Positions 63,351-64,000 of a DNA stretch of 64,000 bases are shown here, in pieces (position 1 is the stretch's first letter; every line of letters starts with the position of its first letter). Both the position numbers and the translations under genes were made by a program. The DNA lies in assembly GCA_964016885.1 (NCBI GenBank), contig OZ024742.1, positions 94,860,001-94,924,000 of the forward strand, in the 5' to 3' direction. The DNA is from Eledone cirrhosa (Eukaryota). The notes under the pieces were generated by a model. It was not told where the DNA came from, did not search any database, and saw nothing but the letters and a program-made list of their open reading frames with translations.

Positions 63351-63384
63351 CATGTATAGGATTGCCATGTGCAGCTGGGTTAAA

Positions 63385-63560
63385 ATTAATATCACAACTT
63401 GCTGGAATTTGCAGATGATATGGTATTACTTAACTCGTCAGGTAATATTGATGAGGATGACGAGTATGATGAGGATATTGAAGATAATATATGATGATGG
63501 TGACCCAGGGGTAGACCACAAGCAAGATGGTTGGATAACATCCATGAGCTTGGCTGATCT
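63385..63560 (+). pseudogene. Tiny LINE RT remnant
   Basis: EFADDMVLL and GRPQARWLDNI readable in translation. Confidence 0.45.
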
Positions 63561-64000
63561 CACTTGGTGATCCAGTGGAATCAATAGGAGACAATTGTTT
63601 CTGATAGGACCCTTTCCCCACAAGTTATGTATCATAAAACCAGTACTGGTTTCAGATTGAACATGTAATGTTTGCATGCAGCAGTATGATAATTACTTTT
63701 TTTTATATGATATTGAACTATGAAGAGCTATGTTGTATGATATTCAAATCTTTCTCTGTAGCATTAAAAGTATTATGAGAGGAGGTTAAAAGAGATATAG
63801 AGGAAGAATTGCCCCCGTTACTAAACTGGCAATTTTTTATCAACCTCAAATGGATGAAATTTAACCTTCGTGGGTTTTGAACTCGGAGTGCAGAAAGGCA
63901 GAATAAATACCTCAAAGCAGTTTATTCAAAGTTCTGAGAATTGAAACCACCCCATGGGTTTAGTTTGTTTAAAATTCCCCTCATACTTTGTTGTATAACA

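Overview
AT-rich, microsatellite-laden eukaryotic (animal) DNA with no recognisable host protein-coding exon. The repeat content resembles cephalopod (octopus-like) genomes; this is an inference. The window is a mosaic of mobile elements: one apparently intact RTE-clade LINE (1039-aa APE+RT ORF with an embedded PHD-like finger and a 5' array of ~3.8 x 400-bp monomers), several truncated RTE copies, about 20 tRNA-derived SINE copies (many with long TSDs), two decayed Penelope-like (RT+GIY-YIG) elements, Helitron remnants and an 18S rRNA 5' fragment. The main hidden signal is a dense, diverse set of type-I hammerhead ribozyme motifs (CUGANGA...GAAA...UH with pairing stems) at about 12 positions. 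They lie in Penelope pLTRs and in short ORF-less, often fold-back elements inserted in (TA)n, including a ~440-bp terminally redundant, octamer-bearing retrozyme-like unit. Recurrent fixed endpoints suggest a defined twin-priming insertion mechanism. All folds and translations were read by eye and need computational and biochemical confirmation.
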